A stretch of 62,246 nucleotides of DNA, the filler included. It is 15 parts of 15 records of this genome, joined end to end, with 100 filler letters (N's around TTAATTAATTAA, not from the genome) between each part and the next. Parts side by side here need not be neighbours in the genome. Positions count along the whole stretch, not along the records: positions 43,797 to 48,185 come from SRR7504441_15003; positions 48,286 to 52,224 come from SRR7504441_15006; positions 52,325 to 55,474 come from SRR7504441_15022; positions 55,575 to 59,033 come from SRR7504441_15040; 11 more parts are not named here. The stretch is one strand, 5' to 3'. Both the position numbers and the translations under genes were made by a program. Each line of letters starts with the position of its first letter. The first letter of the stretch is position 1. Shown here one piece after another: positions 46,901-58,515 of the stretch. The notes below the pieces were generated by a model. The model saw nothing but the letters and a program-made list of their open reading frames with translations. It was not told where the DNA came from and did not search any database.

Positions 46901-47224
46901 GGGCTCACCATCCTGAGCCCGCAGGCCGGGAAGCAGGATCGCGTGATGGACCAGCTCAAGAGCTTCGCCCAGAAGAGACAGGACATGGCCAGCTACCTGC
47001 AGGTGCAGACCCGAGTGCTCTCAGAACTCAAGGGCAACATCGTGCTGCTCAACCAGCCAAAGCCGGCCAGCGGCCCGCCCAGCCCGGCCGCGCTCTCGGG
47101 GTTCGTGTCACTCCAGCCGGTCTCGTCTCTTGGCTGCACCAACACAGGCCAACCACAGCCGGCGGATGAGAACAACGAAGTCAGCTCGTTCGAGAGGCTG
47201 TTGGATACCAGCGACGACAGCTGA
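43924..47224 (+). CDS. Coiled-coil protein, possibly FBF1-like (basal-body transition fibre); many short introns
   Basis: Disordered N-terminus then coiled coil; QLNELIAK/VENSSRGMEQVSARL..LEEQKIALQGAVATLEQR..KAEMAQIKNMQSSL resembles the FBF1 C-terminal region as I recall it; GC-AG introns 45676-45712 and 46402-46437. Confidence 0.5.
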
Positions 47225-47725
47225 GGCTAGAGCCGATTAACTAAGGCTGTAAAGAGTGCGAAGCGTACGATAAGCGTGCGGTGCTAGCATCTTATTAAGA
47301 CTGTGTACGAGACTACGTACAGATAACGTACAGATTCAATGTGTAGAATTGTACTAGAATTGTACTAGAATTGACGTTGTGTATAATACAATCATGTACC
47401 TATTGTCAGTCGTGTACGTGTACAATATGACATTGTAATGCATGGTTGTACAATGATTATTAATACGAGTATACTCGTACTCGTAGTACTGCGAGTATCA
47501 GCTCTCAACTAACATGTTTTAATTGGAGAATTGACATACATGTTCTCAAATGAGACTGCTTTTAAAACCGTGAACGCTAATCTTTTGAATCAAAAGTGAT
47601 GTATCCCAAATCCCCAAAATAATTCAATGAATTAAAGGTGAGGAAAAAAAGGTTCCAAATTAACGAGTGGTTGCACGTGCTGATAGAGCTAGAGCACACA
47701 TGCCCCGAGGTTGGGATCATTGTGG

Positions 47726-48185
47726 TTATTTGCTCTTTTTTGCAGGTGGCTTTAGCTTGCTTGGGGTGAGGCGTTGCTTGTGGCGTTCATTGCACTGCTC
47801 CACATAGGGGGAAGGCAGTTCAGCTAGGTGCGAGGTCCTTCTTGTTGAAGATTTCCCTTTTGAAGCAAGCCTTGTCGGGAGCTCTTGGTTCGGCTGGGCC
47901 TTGCTGCGTGCCTTGGCAACGGAGCTGGCTGTTAGAATGGAAGCTAATCTGCCAGGTTCTGGGGCGGATGTGGGGGGATCAAGTTGTGTGGTGTTGCCCT
48001 CTGGCGTTGGCAGTGGTGCAGCTGCTGCGCCTAGGCCATCCAATTCGAGCTGGCCAATCTCATTCTCGAGCTGGCCAATCTCATTCTGGAGCTGGCCAAT
48101 CTCATTCTCGAAGCCATTAAGTGTTGCGATCTCAGCCATCGACTGTGGGCGGCCTTGGGTGGCGGCGACCTTGGCAGCAGCATCC
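47726..48185 (-). CDS. C-terminal fragment of a hypothetical protein
   Basis: Frame open from the contig edge; contains three E/QNEIGQL repeats. Confidence 0.5.
48047..48109. repeat. 21-bp coding tandem repeat x3
   Basis: GAGCTGGCCAATCTCATTCT(C/G) three times, no spacers. Confidence 0.95.
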
Positions 48186-48285
48186 NNNNNNNNNNNNNNN
48201 NNNNNNNNNNNNNNNNNNNNNNNNNNNNNTTAATTAATTAANNNNNNNNNNNNNNNNNNNNNNNNNNNNNNNNNNNNNNNNNNNN
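48186..48285. other. Artificial contig linker
   Basis: N44-TTAATTAATTAA-N44. Confidence 0.98.
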
Positions 48286-48351
48286 GGGGGGGGGCGAAGT
48301 CACCTGAAATCGACAATAACGGCCCGGCAGGCATCGACCGGGAACACAGGT

Positions 48352-48996
48352 ATGGGCAACGCGTGTGAGGTCCCGGAGGCCAGGGACGAGCTGCCGCCGA
48401 GCGTGGCGCCGGTGCCGGCCAAGCCGAGCTTCCAGGGGGTGTTCGTGGGCGAGATCCAGAACAAGGCGCTCTGGGTGAGCGGGGTGGGGATCGGGGACCG
48501 GCTGGTGGACATATCCGGCCAAGACGTGTCCGAAAAGTCGTTCGGGGAGGTGGCCAAGACGTTCCAGGCGTTCCGGGCCATGCCGCCCGGCGCGCTCAAG
48601 GAGGTGTCGCTGAGCTTCCAGAAGGAGGACGGACGGGTGGTCCGGCACCAGTACGACGGGGACGCTGTGATCAGCCAAGGCCTGGGGCTGTCGCTCAGCC
48701 CAAAGGGAGGATTCGCTGCGGCCAAGCGGGCCACACCGAGGGAGCGGCTGAGCTTTTTCTTCGAGCAGCACGAGCCGAAGAGCCTGGGTAAGGTAGATGA
48801 GTTCCTCAGGGCGTACAGGGGCCGGGAGGAAGACCTGTTCCGGTCCATAGAGCGCAAGTACGGCGACCCAGTGCCCCTGTCGGTGCCGCAGCTGGATCCG
48901 GCGCTCCAGCGGGACGCGGATAGGCTGCAGACGATCAAGGCGCTGGATGGGCAAGTTGTTGACGTCTCAGGTAGTCGGCACACCTCAATGCGCTAA
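48352..48996 (+). CDS. Putatively acylated protein with a PDZ-like segment and a small helical protist domain
   Basis: MGNAC N-terminus; GVGIGDRLVDISGQDV (PDZ-like); RLSFFFEQHEPKSLGKVDEFLRAYRGREEDLFRSIERKYG. Confidence 0.6.
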   Translation: MGNACEVPEARDELPPSVAPVPAKPSFQGVFVGEIQNKALWVSGVGIGDRLVDISGQDVSEKSFGEVAKTFQAFRAMPPGALKEVSLSFQKEDGRVVRHQYDGDAVISQGLGLSLSPKGGFAAAKRATPRERLSFFFEQHEPKSLGKVDEFLRAYRGREEDLFRSIERKYGDPVPLSVPQLDPALQRDADRLQTIKALDGQVVDVSGSRHTSMR

Positions 48997-49162
48997 ATTT
49001 GTACAATTCATGTAAGTACTGTTGTGGTTGACCAACTACATACATGTGTAGTGGTCAACCACGCTGAATGTGCAATTAATTGTGGTGAACCGAGAATTTC
49101 TATTTAATACATGTACTGTACATTGTACTGCTTCACTGTTGCTGCACTATTACGAGTATGTA

Positions 49163-52100
49163 CTACACCGAGTTTCGTATCGCCCGACCCCGCACATACT
49201 CACCTTGTACCCTTTCTAAATCCTGGTGCAACGCCTTCCCCGATATCGACTCCAGCTGGTCGTGCGAGACTGATTTCACCTCCGGGAACACCTCCTCCAG
49301 CACCCTCAGATTGAGCTCGCAAACCGCCCACTCGCCATTATCAAACGCTTCCTTTGCCCATCTTAGGTGCTCCTGCACCATTTCGCAGCACTGGTGCGAT
49401 ACGGCCGGTGGCTCCAGTCCCCTCCTGAGGTGGAACACACCGGTGTCCAGCTCGCCATCCACCTGCAGCAGCCGCCACTGAATCCTTGGCTCTCCGCTTT
49501 CCTCAAACGCGGCACTCTGGTCTTGTCTCTCCTCGTGGGAAAGCCGTTGCTGGCTCCAGTCCACCACAGCAGTCTCCTCATCGCCCTCGCGAGTCAGTGG
49601 CCACAAATACCTGTGAAGAGCTCAGTTGATGCTCAAGCTGGCGGCGTACCGGATGCAGGTATGGGAGGCCTCCTCATTACGGCCCATAAGGACCTTTGCC
49701 ACACACTCGACGGTCACCTCGGGGTCGTCTTCATCAGGCTCCTCCCACTTGATTGTGTGCTCGGCCTTGTCTGACCCGTCCCCCACACTCGACATGATCT
49801 CCTCCATCCCTGAATCACGCAGCCGATCGCGGGCCAGCTTTGCATGAATCGGCGCGCTCAGATCGCTGTTGCTTCTTTTCAGACTATTCCTAGAAGTATC
49901 GCTGTCTCTGCTGGCGTTGATCAGTTGCATCAGGCCCTTGAGCTGTAGTTTGTGAAACAGAAGGAACCGCTCTTTGACCTGCTCATGGTTGAGCGTTTCT
50001 GCTACTTCCATGTTCCAGTCGATCTCCTCAGTGTACTCCTGCTCGTGCTCACTCATTCGACCACGGTAAAGCGTCAACGCCTTGGTTGAGCCATGCAGAT
50101 GGGCCTGTGGGGCAGTGTCAAGGCTGAGAGAACTGCGCATCGACCCACGACCGCTGGCCATTGAGCTGGCCATGGATCCGCGTAAATGCGTACCAGGCAC
50201 AACCGTTCCAAAGTTTTGGCTACCAAGCGCTCGCTTCTCGCGCTCATGCAGCTCAAACGGCTCCAGCTCGAGCAGTTTGCATACCCGATTACAGCGATGA
50301 CTCTCAAAGAACTTACAGATGCCCCACATGCCGCCGTTGCCCTCGCCATAGCCGTTGCCGTCGGGCGTGTGGATTTGTGGATCGGTGTAAATGTCACCAA
50401 CTCCCTGAATATCCACAACCAGCACCTCGCCACCAGTCACAGAGTAGGTGAAATGCGAGAACGCCTGAGGGGTGGCCCGGAGCAGCACCTGCTCGACTGC
50501 ATCCGAAGGCGAGTGGCCCATCTCATCGTAGCCCACGTAGCCAGCATTATTCGAGTGCTTGGCATAAGTGCCGGACATGAAGCTTTCGACTGAGTAGATA
50601 TCCCGATCTGGCCGATCGACCAGTTCAATCATGAATGACGAAAGCATGTCGATCGGCTTTGGGATGTTCGGGCATTGGTTGAATAGCTTGGCAAGGTGCT
50701 TGCACTCCGCCTGCATCTGCACATCGGCCTTATGCACGTCCCGGCGCTGGTAGCGCGGATCGATGTAACGCTTGGCCACAGCGCACGGCGAGTTGTCCCA
50801 AGACGGCACGTGATTGCGCTTGCCCGATATGTAGCGCATCCGCCAGCATTCGCGCATCGCGCCCGACCCGAGGCCCTCTGGCAAGATCTTGACATATATC
50901 TGGTCGCACTGCCAGCGCTGCTGCTGCGCGTTGTACTGGTACCGGACTGCCCGCTCTTCCGGGGCACTTTGCGTGTCCTTTGTGAACTCCTCGTCGGTAT
51001 TGGCCGCCAACGCGGCATGGAGCTCCTTGTAGTCGATGTCAGAGCTCGCCCGCGCCCGGACCAGTCCACGTGCAAACTCATGATAACCAACCGTCTTGTT
51101 AGTGGCCACTAGTTTTGCAATGATCTGGGCCTGGTCGCCGGATACCTTCATCAGCTCTGTCAGGTTATACTCGAGCTCGGCCCGAGTTATTGTGCCGTCC
51201 TGGTCTGTGTCCAGCTTATTAAATATAAATAAGGCTTCTTTCTGAGTGAGCCCTACCCTTTTGAGCTCTTGCACTGACACGTGGTTGTCGTGGTCGTGAT
51301 CAGCCTTGTCGAACGCACTCTCCACCCGCTGGAGAAACGCAAACCTGCGCATCTCCTCGGCCGAGATCGTGTGATCGTGATCGCCATCTACAAGCCTGAT
51401 CACCTGGCCTCGCAGTAAGCCGCAGCCCTGGGAACGATCTCGCCTCGTCCAACTGGACTTCGTTCAGTCCGGACGCCCGCAGCTCGTCTTCGTCCAGGAC
51501 TCCGTCGTGGTCTTGGTCCAGCCGTTCGAACTCCTGTTCAAGCCACTCGGACCGCTCGCGCTCATATGGCGACCACCAAGCGTCCTGCTCGTTTGGTGAT
51601 CCAATGAAGATTCTGCGGATCCCTGCTGGCAGCTCTAGCAGCCTGTTGGGCGCCCCAGCGGGCAGCTCGTCGAGCGCGGTGTCGTCTGCTGGCTGCTCCA
51701 TCAGCCAGCTGTACGCTCCGTCCAATACATCATCCTCGTCCAACTCCCTCCGCTGCTTGCACAACTCCGGTGTGCTGTCCACGCAGCGCCACGCACAGCC
51801 TGCCCCCAGGCTTGCCCCAGCTGGTCGCACGCACACACCGTCGTAGCTCTTGCCAGACTGGGCTGCGATTACTGCTCGCTCACACCGACCCCACGCCCAC
51901 GCCCCGCCCCCTACCTGCACCCTGGTCAACTGACCCTCCGCCAGGTGGGCTGGCCTTAAACAACCGCTGTGCCAGCGCGCGGTGCGGACTGAGCGCCGTG
52001 ACCACCGAGTCAAGCAAGAAGGTCTTGACCTCTTCCAGCGAGATCTTGACCTCGTCCCGCAGCACCGCCTCCGGGATTTCTGCAGAATCACACAGTCGTC

Positions 52101-52224
52101 GGTGGCGGCGGCGGCGGCGCTCCCCGCACCGTAGGCCGGGTCCACACCCTCCTCGGCCTCACACAGGCTAGTGTAGTGCGAGGTGACCCGCATGTGCTCC
52201 AGCCTGGTCTGGAACTCCTGACCG
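49163..52224 (-). CDS. Alpha-kinase (eEF2K/MHCK family) with four N-terminal EF-hands; 5'-truncated, multi-exon
   Basis: GSGAMRECW, VAKRY, DVQMQ, KHSNNAG, TPQAFSHFTY, VVDIQGVGDIYTDPQIH, GYGEGNGG, FFESHRCNRVC; EF loops DQDHDGVLDEDE, DGDHDHTISAEE, DHDHDNHVSVQE, DTDQDGTITRAE. Confidence 0.92.
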
Positions 52225-52324
52225 NNNNNNNNNNNNNNNNNNNNNNNNNNNNNNNNNNNNNNNNNNNNTTAATTAATTAANNNNNNNNNNNNNNNNNNNN
52301 NNNNNNNNNNNNNNNNNNNNNNNN
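52225..52324. other. Artificial contig linker
   Basis: N44-TTAATTAATTAA-N44. Confidence 0.98.
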
Positions 52325-52813
52325 ACTGGGCTCATCCCAGACCACCTCCCCTGTCGGCTGCACACAGGACACAGTGGCAATTAGCTGGCCAGTACTGCCG
52401 CTGCGAACTCACCATGGGCTATCCCGGGCTCCTCAGCCCCTCCGATGCGGCCTGCGCCTGCCCAACTCGCACTCGAGCACAAAGCTATATTTAGGTTCAA
52501 TTTTTGGAGCGGCCACCTCAAGGCACAAGCTCTGATGGTACGGTTGACACAGAGCGACCGAGTCCACTCTCCCCGTCTCCCAGCGTGAATCAGTTGGCCG
52601 ACTTGTGACTTTCTCCCAACCATCGCGTATCGTGGTACTGCGTATAATTATACATGGTTACTTCATCGTAACTAAATAGTTACTATGTTACTTATAAATA
52701 AAATTAAATAATTACTCACGAGTATAATACAGAAACTTCTCTTTAAACACAACTGACTAGCCGAGGCTCATCCGAGTGAACTTGGGTTGGGGCACGTGGT
52801 GTAGTAGCAATAT

Positions 52814-52847
52814 TGTCGTGCATACAAGTGTCGTGCATACAAGTGTC
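52814..52847. repeat. 15-bp tandem duplication downstream of eIF3i
   Basis: TGTCGTGCATACAAG twice plus TGTC. Confidence 0.9.
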
Positions 52848-52874
52848 AGGCCGGTCTACTGTAGATCGAAGAGA

Positions 52875-54288
52875 TTATGCATCTCTCGGTTTTGGAATCA
52901 TATTGTCTACAGCATGCACGTAGCTCGAAGGAAGATTGTGAATCCTCACATACCCGTCCTCCGCGCCACTTGCGAAGCTATCCCCGTCATAGCTGAAATC
53001 CAGGGTGTTGATCGGCCCAAAGTGCCCACGCACACTACCAAGCTCATCGCCAAACACTTTGTGGAACCACTTGATCTCAAATTTCCCCATGCGAGCATCT
53101 GACATAGTCACGTTCGCAGCATCCTGACCGCCACCCAGGATGATGTGGTGCCGGGTTGGCGAGATCGCAGCAGCATTAATCGGCGCATCCGACTCAAATG
53201 TTCGCAGCAACTTCTGGGTCTCAGTGTCGTACATCTGCAGCAGGCTCAGCCGCCGGGTATTGAAGTCAGCCGCACCTTTGCAGTCTGGTCTGCTGAGGCC
53301 GTGATAAAATGGCTGAAATCCTTGGCAAAGGCGAAATTGGTAATTTTCTGTTCGTGAGCCTCAATGGTCTGAATGCACTTCCGAGCCTGCCAGTAAGCCG
53401 TGAGTGGCAGGCACTGAGTGGGGAGGAGATTGCGGGGTTAGCGTACCTCCGGATTCCACACCCGCACGGTGCCGTCGTCGCTGCACGAGTAGATCTGTGC
53501 ACCCGCCAGTCACTGACAGCCCTGGCACCATTCACTGCACCGTCTCGTTCAGCGGACCCCAAATCGCCTGGTTGATCTTGCCCGTGTGGCCAGAGAGCTG
53601 GACTGCAGGCGTGGCCAGATCTACACACAACCTCGACCATCAACGACCAGGTTGGAGGGACCGCACCATTCTCTGATGCCCCCTGCTCGTCGTCGTCCTC
53701 CTCCTCTACGTCGTAGATGAAAATGGTAGGCTCCTGCCTCATCACAGGATCGTTGGTGGTCAGGATTTGGTCGTTCCCAAGGTTGATTCCCACTGCTCGG
53801 ACCGGTGTGCTGTGCCGCCACGATTTGATGCAGTGCCCGTTCTTCACGTTCCACAGTTTGGCGAACATGTCCGCCGATCCGGTGATCAGCAGTGTCGAAT
53901 CCGCTGCAGAGCATCTAATTAGTGGGCGCTGGCGGTGCGCGTGGCCGACGCACAGTTCACGTGAAGCTTGGTGTTGGCTCCCGTGTGCCCATTGAACGTG
54001 CCTATCCGCTCGCCGTTTGCAGCGTACCACACAGTGGGCGTCGTGTCCTTGGCGCAGGTGAACAGCAAGTCGCTGTCGCGATTGTATTGGACAAATGTGA
54101 TCGGCCGCGTGTGCCCCTTGAGCCCGATCGGTTGCTGCGACACACCCGGGGTCACCGCCCGCCGGGCGCTAGCCGGGCGCAAGACTCACAATGGTATGCG
54201 TATTCAGCTTGCCCTTCCGGGCGTCAGCCTTGCCTGCTGGTGCCCCCGCTGCCGCCGGCTGCGCGCTTTCGGCCGGACTTCCTTCCAT
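52875..54288 (-). CDS. EIF3I: Translation initiation factor 3 subunit I (WD40); multi-exon
   Basis: QPIGLKGHTRPITFVQYNRDSDLLFTCAKD, LITGSAD, ILGGGQDAANVT, GHFGPINTL, FASGAEDGYVRIH; first intron 54135-54189; in-frame ATG at 54288. Confidence 0.95.
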
Positions 54289-54430
54289 GTCTCGACCCTA
54301 CTGCTCTCGGTCCCGCGGGTGGTGTCCTCGCTCGCGCTCGTACCAGGCTAACGGACAATTCGATCCGCAGCTTTTACTCCACTTCGGTGGCGACAGCTCC
54401 GCCGGCAGTCGAGAGGCCGAGGGCGGGGCC

Positions 54431-54883
54431 ATGGCCGGCAGCGGCTCGCGGAGCGTGGAAGAGCTGGAGGAAGCCAATCGTGTGGCCATCCAGGGCGAGA
54501 TGACCGCCAAGAGCGAGACCCAGGAGGCCCAGGCCAAGCTGGCAGGTGTCCCTGCCAGGGCCCTGCAGCGGACCGCAAGTGCAGGGCTCCAAGACAAGGC
54601 CAAACGTGCTGAGCAGCGCTCCAAGACACTGGAAAAGGCAACAAAACGCTCTGGGGCGCGTGTGCAGCCGGGTCGTGAGGATGCGCTCTGCAGGAGGCAG
54701 ATGGCATGCTCCAGCAGCTCACTGAGGCCGAGGTCAGTCAGTCCATAGGACGCTCAAGCGAGTGGCTGTAGGTGAATCGAGGTGCTGACAAGTACGAAAA
54801 GCTGGATGCGCGATTGGCAAAGCTCCTCCAAGACTCTGAGAAACAAGATCTGGTCTCTACGATACCCAGAGAAGCCAAATAAT
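54431..54883 (+). CDS. Small coiled-coil protein; multi-exon
   Basis: MAGSGSRSVEELEEANR; three short introns can be spliced to reach KLDARLAKLLQDSEKQDLVSTIPREAK*. Confidence 0.45.
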
Positions 54884-55474
54884 GGCCCTAAGGAGAAAGC
54901 CTAAGTTTCCCCACTGGCCCAGGAACTATGCCCTAAGGCCAGTCCCACTCAAGCCCTCAATTGCTGACCCTCAGCGTAGTGCATTTAAGGAAATAATTCT
55001 GATTTGCAGAGACGATCCGATACTGAAGTCGGCCTTGCTGCCGCAGAGCTTCAGATTTCTCAGTTACAAAGCACCCTTGATCAGGTCACAATTCATTTGC
55101 AGCAAAACGTGTTACTGCTGCAAAGTGCGCAGCGCACAGGTAGTGAGGCAAACGAAAGGCATCAGGGCGGCTTAACCTGAACCAATCATCAAAACTAGGT
55201 ACACATGATAGATAGTAGGTTCTTACTGTCCGACATTTTGCTGCAGTTCATGCAGTCGCTCTCGCATTTGTGCGACTAGCAAAGAGACATTCCAACTTGG
55301 TCCTCGCCAGAGTCCTTCAATCGCTCTCGCTGCTCAGCGACCAAGCCTACAATTGTGCCATGTTGTTTCGAAAGCTCACCGCCCTCCTGTCGTGCATTCG
55401 TGAGCTCACCCCTTGCCAATGCTAGGCTTTCCTGTGTCTCACGGAACTCTCCGCGTTGGTCGACGCGGCGAAAG

Positions 55475-55574
55475 NNNNNNNNNNNNNNNNNNNNNNNNNN
55501 NNNNNNNNNNNNNNNNNNTTAATTAATTAANNNNNNNNNNNNNNNNNNNNNNNNNNNNNNNNNNNNNNNNNNNN
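55475..55574. other. Artificial contig linker
   Basis: N44-TTAATTAATTAA-N44. Confidence 0.98.
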
Positions 55575-57154
55575 GCTCCTTCTCCACACGGGCACACAGC
55601 TGCTTGGTGCAGCGCAACACGTCGGTGTCAGAGTCTGTGGACGAGATGGCCAAGCTTAGGCAGGTCGATAAGGCATCAGTGTCGTCTGAGGCAGCCGAGT
55701 GGGGAGAAGCGAACCGGGAGGTTGGACAGATGATCCAGCAGGCACAGCAGGAAGGCCGGGATCTGCAGGATGCGATGCAGGAGCACCTCGAGAAGGTCTC
55801 GTCTGACGTCAGCGAGCTCTGCGACCAGACCAATGCCTGGGGCCAGAACAGCGCTGCAGTGGCTACCAAGGTGCTCTCAGAGGCTGATGCCACCGCCAAG
55901 ACCAACGAGGCTGTCGTCAGCGCAGCCGCGGCTACACAGCAGCATGCTGAGGCAATCCAAAGCGAGGTGCAAACATGGGCAGGCAACGACAGCAAGTGCC
56001 AGAAGGTGCTCAGTGCCATTGACACCAAGCACACAGAGCTTGCCGACAGGATCTCACAAGACCACACCGAAACTGCTGAGGCTGTGTGCGACTTGGCTTC
56101 TGGCACTCAAGCTGCCACCGAGTTCAACTCTGATGCAATGACCCAAACTGCAGAACTGATCGCTGAGAGCAACCAAGCCTCAGAGCATCGATCCACATTT
56201 GCAGACGAGTTGTCTGCAGCACGCAAGCTTGAACTTGAGTCAGATAATGCTATCAACCAGGCTGTGGCAGCAGAGACTGCAGCCACACTGAATGCAGTCC
56301 AGCAGATCCACGCGGCAGCTCCAATGGCTGAGCAAGTAGTGCCACAACTGGAGAGCTCGCAGCAGGCCGTCGAGGCGATGCAGAGCGCTGTTGAGGCGTC
56401 ACAAAACTCTCAGCAGGAAATGGTGCAGAGCTTCCATCAGGATCGGGCCAATGCATGGAGTCAAATGCTCGATAGCGCCGACCAAATGCATAGCGCACAG
56501 CTGCAGCATGCTGAGACTGCTCTCGGTGGAGTGCAGAGCACAGTGGCCAAGACCTCGAAGACTGTCCATGGTCACTGCGAGTCGCTGCAGCAATCCTATG
56601 CGACACAGCAATCAGAAGTGGCTCAATTCCAGAGCACCAGCACGGAGAGCATTGGGCAAATCTCAGCTGATGTGATGGAATTCGGATCAAGCGTCGTGCA
56701 CATGAACGATCCAGTTGACGAGCTGGCCGCCCGCGCATCCATTGAATGTCCAGATGCGATCAAGGCCGTCAAGGCTGAGGCAGACATCGAGGCAAGCTTC
56801 CATGGCAACGGGGCAGACAGCAACGAGGCGGAATGCTCAGATGAGCCTGCGGTAGAAGTAGAGGCGGAGCCGGAGCCCGAGCTGCCCCTGGCCTCGCCTC
56901 AAGTTCAGGCTAATCTGCCGGCACATAGGCGGAGCCCGCAGACCATGCTGGTCCAAAGCCCAGCACCAGTTGCACGAAGCCCAGCACCGGTTGTGCGAAG
57001 CCCGGCACCGGTTGCGCGAAGCCCGGCACCAGTTGTGGCCAAGGCTGCTAAGGCCGCCACCAAGAGCAAGCTGCAAGCCCCTGGTGGCAAGAGCAAGCTG
57101 CAACCCCCTGGTTCGTCGGCACGGACTCGATCAAAGGCGGTGATTACTGCGTAG
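55575..57154 (+). CDS. Helical stalk and tail of a large protein, possibly kinesin-5-like (5'-truncated)
   Basis: 516-aa A/Q/S/E-rich helical ORF with a Pro-rich basic tail; no motor domain or clear BimC box visible, so the family call is weak. Confidence 0.4.
56957..57040 (+). repeat. 21-bp coding tandem repeat x4 (SPAPV[AV][RA])
   Basis: AGCCC(A/G)GCACC(A/G)GTTG units in frame. Confidence 0.9.
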
Positions 57155-57473
57155 AGTGTCAACTCAACCCTTTTCGGACCGGCCTAACGTCTACTCGCGT
57201 TCGTTGTGGTCAGTCAATCTTTAGGTGCGCACATAGTGCGCACAAGTACCAGTGATGACGAGACCATCCGGCAGGCATCAGGCAGGCATGATTGTAAAGT
57301 AACACAGTAGCTTCAATATTTACAGAACTTAGACTCTACATACTACCTAGGACTGGTATCGTAAGGTACGAAGTCTGAACGAATCATAAACGAATCATCG
57401 CTCGACTGTATCTTGCGTGCTTCGTACTTCCCGGCTCCAACGGCACAATCATTCGGGGCACCAATCAATGTGA

Positions 57474-58437
57474 ATGGACATCCCGAATGGCTTCACGTGC
57501 CTGTTCCAGTTCCACGACGACACCCGCATGGCGGGTTGCCCCGACATGGAGCCCGGCAGCACTGTGCGCATGCCCTGGAATCAAGCGGTGTCCCGCCCCT
57601 TGCAGACGGCGCTGATTAGACCGGCAGCTCATCGCCCAGGGCCGCGGCTGGGGGCGAATGGTCATCCCGTGGGGCTCCCGGCCGCACCACCGCCGTCCAA
57701 CACTGCTGAATGCCACTGCCGCTCCCGCCCAGCCGAGCGCGCCGAGCCAGACGGCTGCACCAGCGCCCGATCTGCAGAGCGTGCTGGCAAGCTACCGGGC
57801 GGACTTAGAGGCCGAAAGCCAGGCGGCTTCCAGCGAGCAGGGGCGCCCTGCCCGGCCCAGGAAGCTGGTCCGACTGGGGGGCGGTGCTGTGTACTGTGGG
57901 GCCACTGACCGCAAGTCGCAGCCAGACGGCGAGGGCTCGCTGCTGCTGCCGGATGGCGCCCAGCACTTGGGCTTCTTTTCGAAAGGACGGGCGGATGGGC
58001 CTGGGGTATACGCGGTGATTGCACTGGTGCATGGCTGTTGGGATAAGACTAGTGGCAGGCACCAAACGGCCTAGCCGCTACAGGGGAGTGGAGATCCAAC
58101 ATTAGAGTGGGGCAGTTTGTAGCGACAGACAAGTCGGGCAATAAGTGGGCAGAGACTTATAGCGAGGAGGGCAAGAAGGTCTCCAGGAAGCGCATCGCAC
58201 ACGCGGAGGCGAGTATGCCTGCGGGTGAGCCGAATCTGTTGGCAGGACGAAGTCGCCACAGCGGCAGTGGCTTGCGCAGTGTGCGGAGGCTGCTACCATT
58301 GGGAATTGAATAACGAATTTGCATGCCGGCGACACCGGGACGGTGCAAAGTTTTCAAAGTTTTCTGGGTGGTCCTGCTGCGCTTGTAAGGATGCAAAAGA
58401 TTTAGGTTGCATATTGGCATGCCACGAACTGGGTTGA
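57474..58437 (+). CDS. MORN-repeat protein with C-terminal Cys/His zinc-binding motif; multi-exon
   Basis: PDGEGSLLLPDGAQHLGFFSKGRADGPG (MORN); CAVC..CRRH..WSCC..GC...H. Confidence 0.6.
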
Positions 58438-58515
58438 TTAAGTACGCAAGTTAAATAAGATTAGTATCAATATTACTTTACATCAACTTGTGAAGCCTGG
58501 GCTTTTACCCGTGCT

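Noticed and set aside
48047-48109. CRISPR-like array
   Set aside because: Repeats abut with no spacers, keep a protein frame, and there are no cas genes in this eukaryotic context.
54190-54192. Non-AUG (ATT) initiation of eIF3i
   Set aside because: An in-frame ATG in good context lies at 54288 with no intervening stop.
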